Below are positions 25,143-33,691 of a stretch of 64,000 bases of DNA, piece after piece. The notes below the pieces were generated by a model. It made no database searches. It had not been told where the DNA came from and was given only the letters and a program-made list of their open reading frames with translations. The first letter of the stretch is position 1. Every line of letters begins with the position of its first letter. The stretch comes from Candidatus Xenobia bacterium (GTDB taxonomy: Bacteria > Acidobacteriota > Terriglobia > Acidiferrales > 2-02-FULL-67-57), in NCBI GenBank assembly GCA_035573715.1, contig DATLZZ010000010.1, positions 246,746-310,745 on the forward strand, in the 5' to 3' direction. The position numbers and the translations under genes are program-made.

Positions 25143-26003
25143 CTAGGCCGACGTTCCGCGCTGCCTCAGGTAATCCGCCAGGGCTTGCTGCCAGGGGCGC
25201 ATCTCCGGAAAGCCCGCGGCGCGATAGTTGGCATTGTCGAGCACCGAGTAGGCTGGGCGACGTGCCTTGCGCGCCAGCGCTTCGCTGGTGGTGGGTTGCA
25301 GTGCCGGCGAAAGTCTGGCCAGACGAAAAATCTCCTGCGCGAATTCGAACCATGAACACTGGCCGGTATTGGTCAGGTGGTAAAGCCCGAAGCGATCGGT
25401 GTGAATCAACGGATTGAGCGCCCTTGCTAGATCGGCGCTGCTGGTCGGCGTGAGCACCTGGTCGGTCACCACCCGGATGGGCTTGTTTTCCGCCGCGAGC
25501 TGCAACATGGTCTCGACGAAGTTGGTTCCTTTGCCGCGCCGGTTGGCCAGCCCGTAGAGCCCGCAGGTGCGGATGAGAAAGTAGCGCTGGCAGCAGCGTT
25601 GCACGATGAGCTCCCCAGCGCGTTTTGAGAGCGCATAGACCGACTGCGGGTTGGGCGCGTCGGCCTCCACGTACGGCGAACCCTTGATTCCATCGAAAAC
25701 ATAGTCGGTGCTGAAGTGCACCAGCACTGCGCCAATCTCAGCCGCCGCTCGCGCCAGGTGGTAGACGCCGACCGCGTTCACAGCGAAGGCCTGCTCGGGC
25801 TGGTCTTCGCAGTCGTCCACGCGATGGAAGGCCGCGGTGTTGATAATAGCGTCGGGGCGCATATTGAGGACGCGGCTGCGCACGGTGGCGGCGTCGGCGA
25901 TGTCGAGTTCTCCGTGGGTAAACGGAAAAAGTTTGTCGCCGGTCAGTGTGGCCAGCAGGTCGGTGGCGAGTTGGCCGCCGGCGCCCAGCAGCAGTATGCG
26001 CAT
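25143..26003 (-). CDS. rfbD: dTDP-4-dehydrorhamnose reductase
   Basis: Start at ATG (complement 26001-26003). [13 protein letters not shown]...INTAAF..VD.CE......A.NA.G...LA......[12 protein letters not shown]....Y.E.D..NP..VY..SK..GE. The upstream 322 codons of the track ORF are an antisense shadow of the GT2 gene. Confidence 0.9.
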   Translation of the reverse strand: MRILLLGAGGQLATDLLATLTGDKLFPFTHGELDIADAATVRSRVLNMRPDAIINTAAFHRVDDCEDQPEQAFAVNAVGVYHLARAAAEIGAVLVHFSTDYVFDGIKGSPYVEADAPNPQSVYALSKRAGELIVQRCCQRYFLIRTCGLYGLANRRGKGTNFVETMLQLAAENKPIRVVTDQVLTPTSSADLARALNPLIHTDRFGLYHLTNTGQCSWFEFAQEIFRLARLSPALQPTTSEALARKARRPAYSVLDNANYRAAGFPEMRPWQQALADYLRQRGTSA

Positions 26004-26090
26004 AGGATGGTTGTCGCGGGCGGCCCATTGTAACAGCATTGTGGAAGCCAAGTGGGTGCCTGCGAGCCGCGTGGTATACTTTTCCTGCAG

Positions 26091-27035
26091 ATGGGGTGTT
26101 CCGGCTCGATTGTCATCGTCACCTTCAACTCCGCAGCGCATATTGAAGCGTGCCTGCAGAGCGTGCGCTCGTCTGGGTGGGAAGTCATCGTGGTGGATAA
26201 CGGCTCGACGGACGATTCGGTAGCTCGCGCTCGTGCCTTCCCCGACCTGGTTGTCTTGACCAATTCCCAGAACCGCGGCTTCGCGGCCGCTGCCAACCAG
26301 GGAGTGAAGGCCGCACGGGGTGACTGGGTGCTGTTGCTGAATCCCGACGCCGCAGCCGAGCCGGGCGCATTGGATGCGCTCACGTCGGTCGCCAGCGAAG
26401 TCAACGCTGAAGCCGCCGGCGGACGTCTCCTCAATCCCGACGGCACCACCCAGGTAGGTTTTACTCTGCGGCGCCTGCCGCGCTTGCCCGATATGCTGGC
26501 TGAAGTCCTGCTTCTCAATCGCGTCTTTCCGCGAAACCCGTGGAACCGCCGCTACCGTTGTCTGGACATGAGCTGCGAGGTCGCGGCCGAAGTCGAGCAG
26601 CCGGCCGGCGCCTGTCTGCTGGTCAAGCGGCAGGTGTGGGAAGAACTGGGCGGGATGGACGAAAGTTTCTTTCCATTGTGGTTCGAGGATGTGGACTTCT
26701 GTCGAAGGCTTCGCCAACGCGGTGGACGGATCGTGTATGCGCCGCAGGCGCGGTTCCGTCATCGCGGTGCGCACAGTGTGAAATCGCTTCCCGCCGCGGA
26801 ACGCCAGCTTGCCTGGTATCGAAACCTGCTGCGTTACTTTCGAAAACACCACGGACTTGTGGCCGCGGCGATTCTGCGTCTGGGCATTGTCGCCGGAGCC
26901 CTGCTGCGCCTCTTGGCCACGGCGATTGGCGCGCGGCCGGAGACGGGCACGCGGGCGGAGGCGATTCACGCCTGCGCCGGCGTGGTGCGCTGGAGCCTGC
27001 TGGGTGAGACTACGGCCACGGCGGTGCGCGCATGA
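26091..27035 (+). CDS. Family 2 glycosyltransferase
   Basis: IVIVTFNSAAHIEACLQSV...VIVVDNGSTDDS...NRGFAAAANQG...LLLNPD. The ATGA overlap with the next gene suggests translational coupling. Confidence 0.85.
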   Translation: MGCSGSIVIVTFNSAAHIEACLQSVRSSGWEVIVVDNGSTDDSVARARAFPDLVVLTNSQNRGFAAAANQGVKAARGDWVLLLNPDAAAEPGALDALTSVASEVNAEAAGGRLLNPDGTTQVGFTLRRLPRLPDMLAEVLLLNRVFPRNPWNRRYRCLDMSCEVAAEVEQPAGACLLVKRQVWEELGGMDESFFPLWFEDVDFCRRLRQRGGRIVYAPQARFRHRGAHSVKSLPAAERQLAWYRNLLRYFRKHHGLVAAAILRLGIVAGALLRLLATAIGARPETGTRAEAIHACAGVVRWSLLGETTATAVRA

Positions 27036-29131
27036 AGAGAGTCGCCGCTACCGTCGTGACTCATCACAGCGGACACTATATCCGGCGCTGTCTGGACTCC
27101 GTCTTCGCCCAGTCGGGTGTTGAAGTGGAAGTGGTGGTCGTGGACAACAGCTCGTCGGACGATACCATCGCTCGCCTTGAGCCTTTCCGCGGTCGTATTC
27201 GCCTGCTGCGCAACGAAACCCAGGTCGGTTTCGCGGCGGCTCAGAACCAGGCTATTCGTGAAACACACGCCGAGTGGATCCTTTGCCTGAATCCGGATGT
27301 CGAGTTGGAGCGCGACTTCATTCGGCGACTCCTCGAAGCCGTCGAGCCCCGCTCCCGCGTCGGCGTGGCTTGCGGCAAGCTGCTGCGGATGGCGCCCGAC
27401 CGGCGCCGCCGCATGCCCCAGCTTCTTGATTCGACCGGCATCTACTTTACTCCCACGCTGCGCCACTTCGATCGCGGCTCCAACCAGCCCGACGTCGGGC
27501 AATACGACAAGCTGGAATATGTCTTCGGCGCTACCGGCGCGGCGGCCTTCTACCGCCGCGCGATGCTGGAAGACATTGCCGTCGGCGGAGAGTTTTTCGA
27601 CGAAGACTTCTTTGCCTACCGCGAAGACGCCGACCTGGCCTGGCGCGCGCAACTGGCTGGCTGGCGCTGCCTCTACGTTCCCCAGGCCGTGGGCCGGCAT
27701 GTGCGCCGCGCCTTTCCGCAGAACCGGCGCCAGTTGCCGGACTTCATCAACTGTCACACCACGAAAAACCGCTTCTTGATGCGCGCCAAGAACATGGGCT
27801 GGCCGCTTTACTGGCGGATGTTTGTTCCGATGAATCTGCGCGACCTGGGCATCCTCGCCTACTGCCTGTTGCGCGAGCGCACCTCGCTGCCGGCCTTCGC
27901 CTGGCTGTGGCGCAATCGAAAGCGAATCTGGGAAAAGCGCGCCGCCGTGCAGGCCAAGCGCCGCGTGAGCGATATCGAGCTGGCGCGCTGGTTCCGCTTC
28001 CGTCCCGTCAGCCTGCGGGCCGAGCCGCTCCCGATGCGCCTCGCCATTGTCGGCACCCGCGGCGTGCCCGCCAACTATGGCGGCTTTGAAACTCTGGCCG
28101 AGGAGCTGGGCGCGCGCCTGGCGGCGCGCGGCCACGAGGTCACCGTCTACGGCCGGCGACCTCAAATACGGTACGACAAGCCCACCTATCGCGGCATGCG
28201 TATCGTGCTCTTGCCCACGCTGGCATGGAAGTACTTCGACACCGTGGTACACACGTTTCTCTGTGCTTTTCACGTGGCCTTCAGCGACGTCGAGGTGGTT
28301 TTTCTGTGCAACGTCGCTAACAGCCCCTTCGCCTGGATCCCGCGCCTGGCCGGCAAGCCGGTGGCGCTCAACGTCGACGGGCTTGATCGCCGTCGCCGGA
28401 AATGGAACTGGCTCGGCCGCGCCTACTTGTGGCTGTGCGAGTGGCTGGCGCTGGTGACGCCCACCGCGATGGTCACCGACGCGCAGGTGATGCAGGACTA
28501 CTACCGCGAGCGCTACGGCAAGTGGTCGACCCTCATCGCTTACGGCGCCGAACCGCGCGATGCGGGCGACGGTAAGGCGACACTCGAGCAGGCCGGGCTC
28601 AAACCCGGCCGCTACGTCCTCTATGTCAGCCGGCTCGAACCCGAGAACAACCCCGAACTTGTCATCCGCGGCTTCGAGAAAGTCAGCACCGACTGGCGGT
28701 TGGCCGTGGTGGGCGGTAATTCGTATCGCCCCGAGTATGTCGAGCAGCTCAAGCAGACCCGCGACCCGCGGATCGTTTTCACCGGACCCATCTACGGCGA
28801 GGGCTACTGGCACCTGCAGCGCAACGCCGGCGCTTACGTCCACGCCACCGAAGTGGGAGGAACCCATCCGGCGCTCATTGAGGCCATGTCGTGCGGCAAT
28901 GCCGTGCTCTACCTGAACACACCGGAGAACGTGGAAGTCGCCCGCGACGCGGGCGTTCCCTTCGAACCTTCGGCCGACGACCTGGCGCAGAAACTTGAGC
29001 GGGTGCTCACGAATCCGCAGTTGCGGCAGGAGCTTGCCGTCCGCGCCCACGGCCGCGCCCGTGAGAGGTACAACTGGGACGAGATTACTTCCGAGTACGA
29101 GTACTTGTTCACGCGGCTGCTGCATTCATAA
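27032..29131 (+). CDS. Fused glycosyltransferase: N-terminal GT2 domain plus C-terminal DUF1972/GT4-like domain
   Basis: N-terminal part VVTHHSGHYIRRCLDSV...VVVVDNSSSDDT...GFAAAQNQ...NPD. C-terminal part from about residue 345: MRLAIVGTRGVPANYGGFETLAEELGARLAARGHEVTVYG...EPENN...ATEVGGTHPALIEAM. Confidence 0.8.
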   Translation: MKRVAATVVTHHSGHYIRRCLDSVFAQSGVEVEVVVVDNSSSDDTIARLEPFRGRIRLLRNETQVGFAAAQNQAIRETHAEWILCLNPDVELERDFIRRLLEAVEPRSRVGVACGKLLRMAPDRRRRMPQLLDSTGIYFTPTLRHFDRGSNQPDVGQYDKLEYVFGATGAAAFYRRAMLEDIAVGGEFFDEDFFAYREDADLAWRAQLAGWRCLYVPQAVGRHVRRAFPQNRRQLPDFINCHTTKNRFLMRAKNMGWPLYWRMFVPMNLRDLGILAYCLLRERTSLPAFAWLWRNRKRIWEKRAAVQAKRRVSDIELARWFRFRPVSLRAEPLPMRLAIVGTRGVPANYGGFETLAEELGARLAARGHEVTVYGRRPQIRYDKPTYRGMRIVLLPTLAWKYFDTVVHTFLCAFHVAFSDVEVVFLCNVANSPFAWIPRLAGKPVALNVDGLDRRRRKWNWLGRAYLWLCEWLALVTPTAMVTDAQVMQDYYRERYGKWSTLIAYGAEPRDAGDGKATLEQAGLKPGRYVLYVSRLEPENNPELVIRGFEKVSTDWRLAVVGGNSYRPEYVEQLKQTRDPRIVFTGPIYGEGYWHLQRNAGAYVHATEVGGTHPALIEAMSCGNAVLYLNTPENVEVARDAGVPFEPSADDLAQKLERVLTNPQLRQELAVRAHGRARERYNWDEITSEYEYLFTRLLHS

Positions 29132-29180
29132 TGCTTGACTCGGCGCGCCAACCGACCTAGCATCAACACCAGAGGGGAGC

Positions 29181-29516
29181 ATGGGGACGACCGGCACATA
29201 TGCTTCCGGAATCGACCGGCGGGAAGATCACCGCACCACTTTTTTTGCCGAAGCGGAATATGAGTGGGGCGGCAACAAAATGCGCGCCCGCATCCTCAAC
29301 CTCAGCCTGGGCGGAATGCTGATGGAGACGCGCGCCCCGCTTCCGGCGATGGCCCAGTTCGTCGCCACGCTGCATCTGGCGGAAGGGCCGCCGCTGGAAG
29401 CAATCTGCGTGGTGAAGCGCCTGGTGCCTGGCGTGGGCATGGGGGTGGAGTTCGTCGACCTCAAGCCCTCCGACCACATCCGCCTGCGGCGCATCGTCGA
29501 ATCCCTGCCGCACTAG
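29181..29516 (+). CDS. PilZ domain protein (putative c-di-GMP receptor)
   Basis: RxxxR motif (RREDHR) and D/NxSxxG motif (NLSLGG). About 111 aa, single domain. Confidence 0.7.
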   Translation: MGTTGTYASGIDRREDHRTTFFAEAEYEWGGNKMRARILNLSLGGMLMETRAPLPAMAQFVATLHLAEGPPLEAICVVKRLVPGVGMGVEFVDLKPSDHIRLRRIVESLPH

Positions 29517-29528
29517 CCGGAACGCGGC

Positions 29529-30920
29529 TCAGAGACCTGAGTAGGTATTCCGCTTGAGGAAGCGCCCGGCACCCGGTTTGCCGACGAACTTTCCGTTGTC
29601 AATCACGACGCGGCCGCCCACCAGCACTTGCCGCGGCATCCCTTTCACTTTGATGCCCTCGAACATCGAGTAGTCCACCCGCATGTGGTGCGTCTTGGCG
29701 CTGATGACTTCTTCCTTGTCGGGATCCCACAGCACCAGGTCGGCGTCGGAGCCGACCGCGATGGTGCCTTTGCGGGGGTAGAGCCCGAAGAGTTTCGCCG
29801 GCGCGGTGGAAACCAGCTGCACGAAGCGGTTGATGTTGAACCGCCCGCCGCCCACCCCGCCGGTGTAGACCAGGCTCAAACGGTGCTCGATTCCCGGTCC
29901 GCCGTTGGGAATCTTGGTGAAGTCGTCCCTGCCCATCTCCTTCTGTTCCTTGAAGCAGAACGGGCAGTGGTCGGTGGAGACGACTTGCAGGTCATCTTTC
30001 GCCAGGCCCGCCCAAAGCTTGTCCTGGTGCCACTTTTCGCGCAGCGGTGGCGTGAAGACGTACTTGGCTCCTTCGAAGCCCGGCACGTCGAAGTTGTCGA
30101 TCGAAAGGAAGAGGTACTGCGGGCAGGTTTCGGCGTAGGCGGGCAGGCCGCGGTCGCGCGCCTCGCGCACCTTCTCCAACGCGTCGTTGCAGGAGAGGTG
30201 AACGATGTAGACGGGCGCCCCGGCCATCTCGGCCAGCGCAATGGCCCGCGCAGTGGCTTCAGCCTCGGCGGTCGTCGGGCGCGTCAGCGCATGATACTTG
30301 GGCGCTGTCTTGCCCTCCGCCAGCGCCCGCTTGACGATGACGTCAATCGCTCCGCCGTTTTCGGCGTGCATGCAAATCAGGGCCCCGCTCTTCGCTGCCT
30401 GGCTCATCGCCTTGAAGATGAGCGCGTCCTCCACCATGAAGACGCCCGGGTAGGCCATGAACAGCTTGAAGCTCGACACGCCCTCTTGCACCAGCGCGTC
30501 CATCTCTTCCAGCCGCGCGTCCGGCAGGTCGGTCACGATGCAATGGAAGGCGTAGTCGGTCACCGCCTTGTTGTGCGCCTTCTTCATCCAGGTGTCGAAC
30601 GCCTCGCGCAGCGTCTGGCCCTTGTACTGGATGGCGAAGTCAATCAGCGTCGTCGTGCCGCCGTGGGCGGCGGCGATGGTGCCGCTCTCAAAATCATCGG
30701 CGCTGGTAGTGCCGCCGAAGGGCATGTCAAGGTGGGTGTGAACGTCGATGCCACCGGGCATGACGTAAAGCCCGCGGGCGTCGAGCACCTGCTTGGCCGA
30801 CTCGCGCGGCAAGCTGGCGGCAATGGCGGCGATGCGGCCGTCGCTCAGACCGATGTCGGATGCGTAGGTGTCGGACGCGGTGACGACGGTGCCGCCCTGA
30901 ATCAGCGTGTCAAATTGCAT
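29529..30920 (-). CDS. Dihydropyrimidinase / D-hydantoinase
   Basis: MQFDTLIQGGTVVTA...GGIDVHTHLDMPFGGT...DDFESGT.AAA.GGTT..IDF...FK.FMAY; 463 aa. Confidence 0.92.
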   Translation of the reverse strand: MQFDTLIQGGTVVTASDTYASDIGLSDGRIAAIAASLPRESAKQVLDARGLYVMPGGIDVHTHLDMPFGGTTSADDFESGTIAAAHGGTTTLIDFAIQYKGQTLREAFDTWMKKAHNKAVTDYAFHCIVTDLPDARLEEMDALVQEGVSSFKLFMAYPGVFMVEDALIFKAMSQAAKSGALICMHAENGGAIDVIVKRALAEGKTAPKYHALTRPTTAEAEATARAIALAEMAGAPVYIVHLSCNDALEKVREARDRGLPAYAETCPQYLFLSIDNFDVPGFEGAKYVFTPPLREKWHQDKLWAGLAKDDLQVVSTDHCPFCFKEQKEMGRDDFTKIPNGGPGIEHRLSLVYTGGVGGGRFNINRFVQLVSTAPAKLFGLYPRKGTIAVGSDADLVLWDPDKEEVISAKTHHMRVDYSMFEGIKVKGMPRQVLVGGRVVIDNGKFVGKPGAGRFLKRNTYSGL

Positions 30921-30972
30921 GTTCGTCTCCCCTGCGGTGCGAGCGTATGGTAGTGGCGCGCCCGCAGAGGTG

Positions 30973-30990
30973 TCAACGCAGATGCGTTGA
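30973..30990. promoter_or_regulatory. Palindrome TCAACGC-AGAT-GCGTTGA in the divergent dihydropyrimidinase/preT promoter region (candidate operator)
   Basis: Perfect 7-bp arms with a 4-nt spacer. It overlaps a TTGATG -35-like hexamer (30987-30992) and lies upstream of a TAGAAT -10-like hexamer (31012-31017). Confidence 0.35.
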
Positions 30991-31034
30991 TGCGCGCGCG
31001 AGGCGCTGTGCTAGAATCCGCTCCACGAGCGGCC

Positions 31035-32375
31035 ATGCGGGAAACAGCCCCCAAGCTGACGCCGGAGCAGTATGAGCGCAACTTTGCCGACATCGCCCCG
31101 CCGCTCACCCGCCAGCAGGCGCTGCTCGAAGGCGCCCGCTGCCTCTTCTGCTACGACGCGCCCTGTATTCAGGCCTGCCCCACCCGCATTGATGTTCCTT
31201 CGTTCATCAAGAAGATCCTCACCGGCAATCTGAAGGGTTCGGCGCGGGTCATCCTCAGCGCCAACATCCTCGGCCAGAGCTGCGGGCGCGTTTGCCCGAC
31301 GGAGGTGCTGTGCGAAGGCGCCTGCGTGCTCAATCGCGAGGGCGAAAAGCCGGTTGAGATTGGCCGCCTGCAGCGCTACGCCGTGGACTATGTGCTCGAG
31401 AACAACATCCGCGTGCTTCACGCCGGCGCCAGAAACGGCAAGCGAGTGGCCTGCATCGGCTCGGGGCCGGCCTCGCTCGGCTGCGCCTCCGAGCTCGCCC
31501 AGCGCGGCTACGAGGTTGTTATTTACGACAAGAACGAGCTCCCCGGCGGTCTCAATACCTATGGCATTGCCGCCTACAAGACTCGGGCGCACGAGAGCGT
31601 GCGCGAGGTGAAACTGGTCGAAGACCTCGGCGTGAAGATTCACCAACGCGTCGAGGTGGGCAGGGACATCTCTCTCTCCGAACTGGAGGCCAAGTTCGAC
31701 GCCATCTTCATCGGCATCGGCCTGGGAGAGACCTGGGCGCTCGACCTGCCGGGAGAAGACCTGCGCGGCGCCTTTGGGGCCATGGACTTTATCGAGCGCA
31801 CCAAGAAGGAACCCTTCCACAAGGTCGACGTCGGCAAGCGCGTCGCCGTCATCGGGGCGGGGAACACAGCCGTCGACGTCGCCACAGCGGCGCGGCGCCT
31901 GGGAGCGGAGTGGGTGGCGATGATTTATCGCCGCGGCGAGCGCGAGATGCCGGCGTTCAAGTACGAGCGCGAACTGGCGCAGAAAGACGGGGTGACATTC
32001 ATGTGGAACACCCAGCCGGTGCGCATCGTCGGCAACGGCGTGGTCGAGGGGCTGGAGTGCGTGCGCACGCGGCTGCACGGTGACGGCCGCCGCGCCCGCG
32101 TCGAGCCCATCCCCGGCACCGAGTTCACCCTGCCGGTGGAAATGGTCGTGCGGGCGCTGGGTCAGCAGCCGGTGCTCGAGCTGCTCCGCAGTGTTTCGGG
32201 CATCCTGATCAAAGACGATTGTGTGGTTGTTGACCCCGACACTGGCCAGACAGGGAACCCGAAGTACTTCGCCGGCGGCGACTGCGTTAACGGCGGCAAG
32301 GAGGTGGTGGACGCTGTGGCGGAGGGCATGAAAGCGGCCAGAGGAATCGATGCGTACTTACGCAGGGCAAGCTAG
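31035..32375 (+). CDS. preT: NAD-dependent dihydropyrimidine dehydrogenase subunit PreT (GltD-like)
   Basis: ATG 31035. Fe-S motifs CLFCYDAPCIQACP and CGRVCPTEVLCEGAC, followed by the FAD/NAD fold CIGSGPASLGCA. Confidence 0.88.
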   Translation: MRETAPKLTPEQYERNFADIAPPLTRQQALLEGARCLFCYDAPCIQACPTRIDVPSFIKKILTGNLKGSARVILSANILGQSCGRVCPTEVLCEGACVLNREGEKPVEIGRLQRYAVDYVLENNIRVLHAGARNGKRVACIGSGPASLGCASELAQRGYEVVIYDKNELPGGLNTYGIAAYKTRAHESVREVKLVEDLGVKIHQRVEVGRDISLSELEAKFDAIFIGIGLGETWALDLPGEDLRGAFGAMDFIERTKKEPFHKVDVGKRVAVIGAGNTAVDVATAARRLGAEWVAMIYRRGEREMPAFKYERELAQKDGVTFMWNTQPVRIVGNGVVEGLECVRTRLHGDGRRARVEPIPGTEFTLPVEMVVRALGQQPVLELLRSVSGILIKDDCVVVDPDTGQTGNPKYFAGGDCVNGGKEVVDAVAEGMKAARGIDAYLRRAS

Positions 32376-32383
32376 GAGGCGTC

Positions 32384-33670
32384 ATGGCGGATCTTAGTAT
32401 CAACCTGGCAGGAATCAGGAGCCCGAATCCGTTCTGGCTGGCGAGCGGGCCACCGACCAACACCGGTGGGCAGGTAATGCGCGCCTTCGAAGCCGGCTGG
32501 GGCGGCGCGGTGTGGAAGACGGTGGGCGAGCCCATCATCAACACCGTCTCGCGGTACGGCGGCATCGACCTCGGCCCGCAGAAGCTGATGGGACTGAACA
32601 ACATCGAGCTCATTAGTGACCGGCCGATTGAAACCAACCTGCGGGAGATCGCCGAGGTCAAGAGGCGCTTCCCCAGGCACGCGGTGGTCGTGTCGCTGAT
32701 GGTGGAGTCGAGGCGCGAGGTCTGGCACGACATCGTCAAGCGCACCGAAGCCACCGGCTGCGACGGGCTGGAGCTCAACTTCGGCTGTCCGCACGGCATG
32801 AGCGAGCGCGGCATGGGCTCGGCGGTGGGCCAGGTGCCCGAGTACACCACCATGATCACCGAGTGGGTGAAAGAGGTGGCGCGCACGCCGGTGCTTATCA
32901 AGCTCACCCCGAACTGCACCGATGTGGCCCGCATGGCGGAAGCCGCGGCGCAGGGCGGCGCCGACGGTATCTCGCTCATCAACACCCTCAATAGCGTCAT
33001 GGGAGTGGATCTCGACACCTTCGCGCCACGGCCCGCGGTGCGCGGCTGGTCGTCACACGGCGGCTACTGCGGCCCGGCGGTCAAGCCGATTGCGCTCCAC
33101 ATGGTCTCGGCCTGCGCCAAGCGTGTGCGCATTCCCATCAGCGGCATTGGCGGCATTTCGACCTGGCAGGACGCGGCCGAGTTCCTCGCGTTGGGCGCGA
33201 CCTCGGTTCAGGTGTGCACCGCGGTGATGCATTACGGCTTCCGCATCGTCGAAGACATGATAGATGGGCTGGCGAATTACCTTGATGCGAAGGGCTTCGC
33301 CAGCGTCAACGACCTGCGCGGGCGCGCCCTCGACAATGTGCGCGATTGGGGCGAGCTCGACCTCAACTACAAAATCATCGCCACGATTGACCCCGCGAAA
33401 TGCATCGGCTGCCACCTCTGCTACGTTGCCTGCGAGGACGGCGCCCACCAATGCATAGAAGAATACCCCGCCGGCGGCAACGGCGGGATGCGCGTCCCGC
33501 GCGTGATTGAAGACGAGTGCGTCGGCTGCAATTTGTGCGCGCTGGTCTGCCCGGTCGAAAGCTGCATCACGATGACGGAAGTAGAGACGGGCAAGTCGCC
33601 GATGTCGTGGAACGACCTGATGAAGCAGGGCGGCCAGTCGCCCGGTTGCGCGCTGCCCTCGGGCGACTAG
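32384..33670 (+). CDS. preA: NAD-dependent dihydropyrimidine dehydrogenase subunit PreA (DHOD-like domain plus 2x[4Fe-4S])
   Basis: NLAGIRSPNPFWLASGPPTN...LNFGCPHGM...SLINT, with a C-terminal ferredoxin part CIGCHLCYVACEDG and CVGCNLCALVCP. Confidence 0.9.
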   Translation: MADLSINLAGIRSPNPFWLASGPPTNTGGQVMRAFEAGWGGAVWKTVGEPIINTVSRYGGIDLGPQKLMGLNNIELISDRPIETNLREIAEVKRRFPRHAVVVSLMVESRREVWHDIVKRTEATGCDGLELNFGCPHGMSERGMGSAVGQVPEYTTMITEWVKEVARTPVLIKLTPNCTDVARMAEAAAQGGADGISLINTLNSVMGVDLDTFAPRPAVRGWSSHGGYCGPAVKPIALHMVSACAKRVRIPISGIGGISTWQDAAEFLALGATSVQVCTAVMHYGFRIVEDMIDGLANYLDAKGFASVNDLRGRALDNVRDWGELDLNYKIIATIDPAKCIGCHLCYVACEDGAHQCIEEYPAGGNGGMRVPRVIEDECVGCNLCALVCPVESCITMTEVETGKSPMSWNDLMKQGGQSPGCALPSGD

Positions 33671-33691
33671 GCTCGAACGCTCCCAAAACTT

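Noticed and set aside
25143-26969. 608-aa minus-strand ORF suggesting a large fusion protein ending in RmlD
   Set aside because: Only the last 286 residues (from [10 protein letters not shown]) are RmlD. The upstream 322 codons are antisense to the GT2 gene and are Arg/Gly/Pro-rich.
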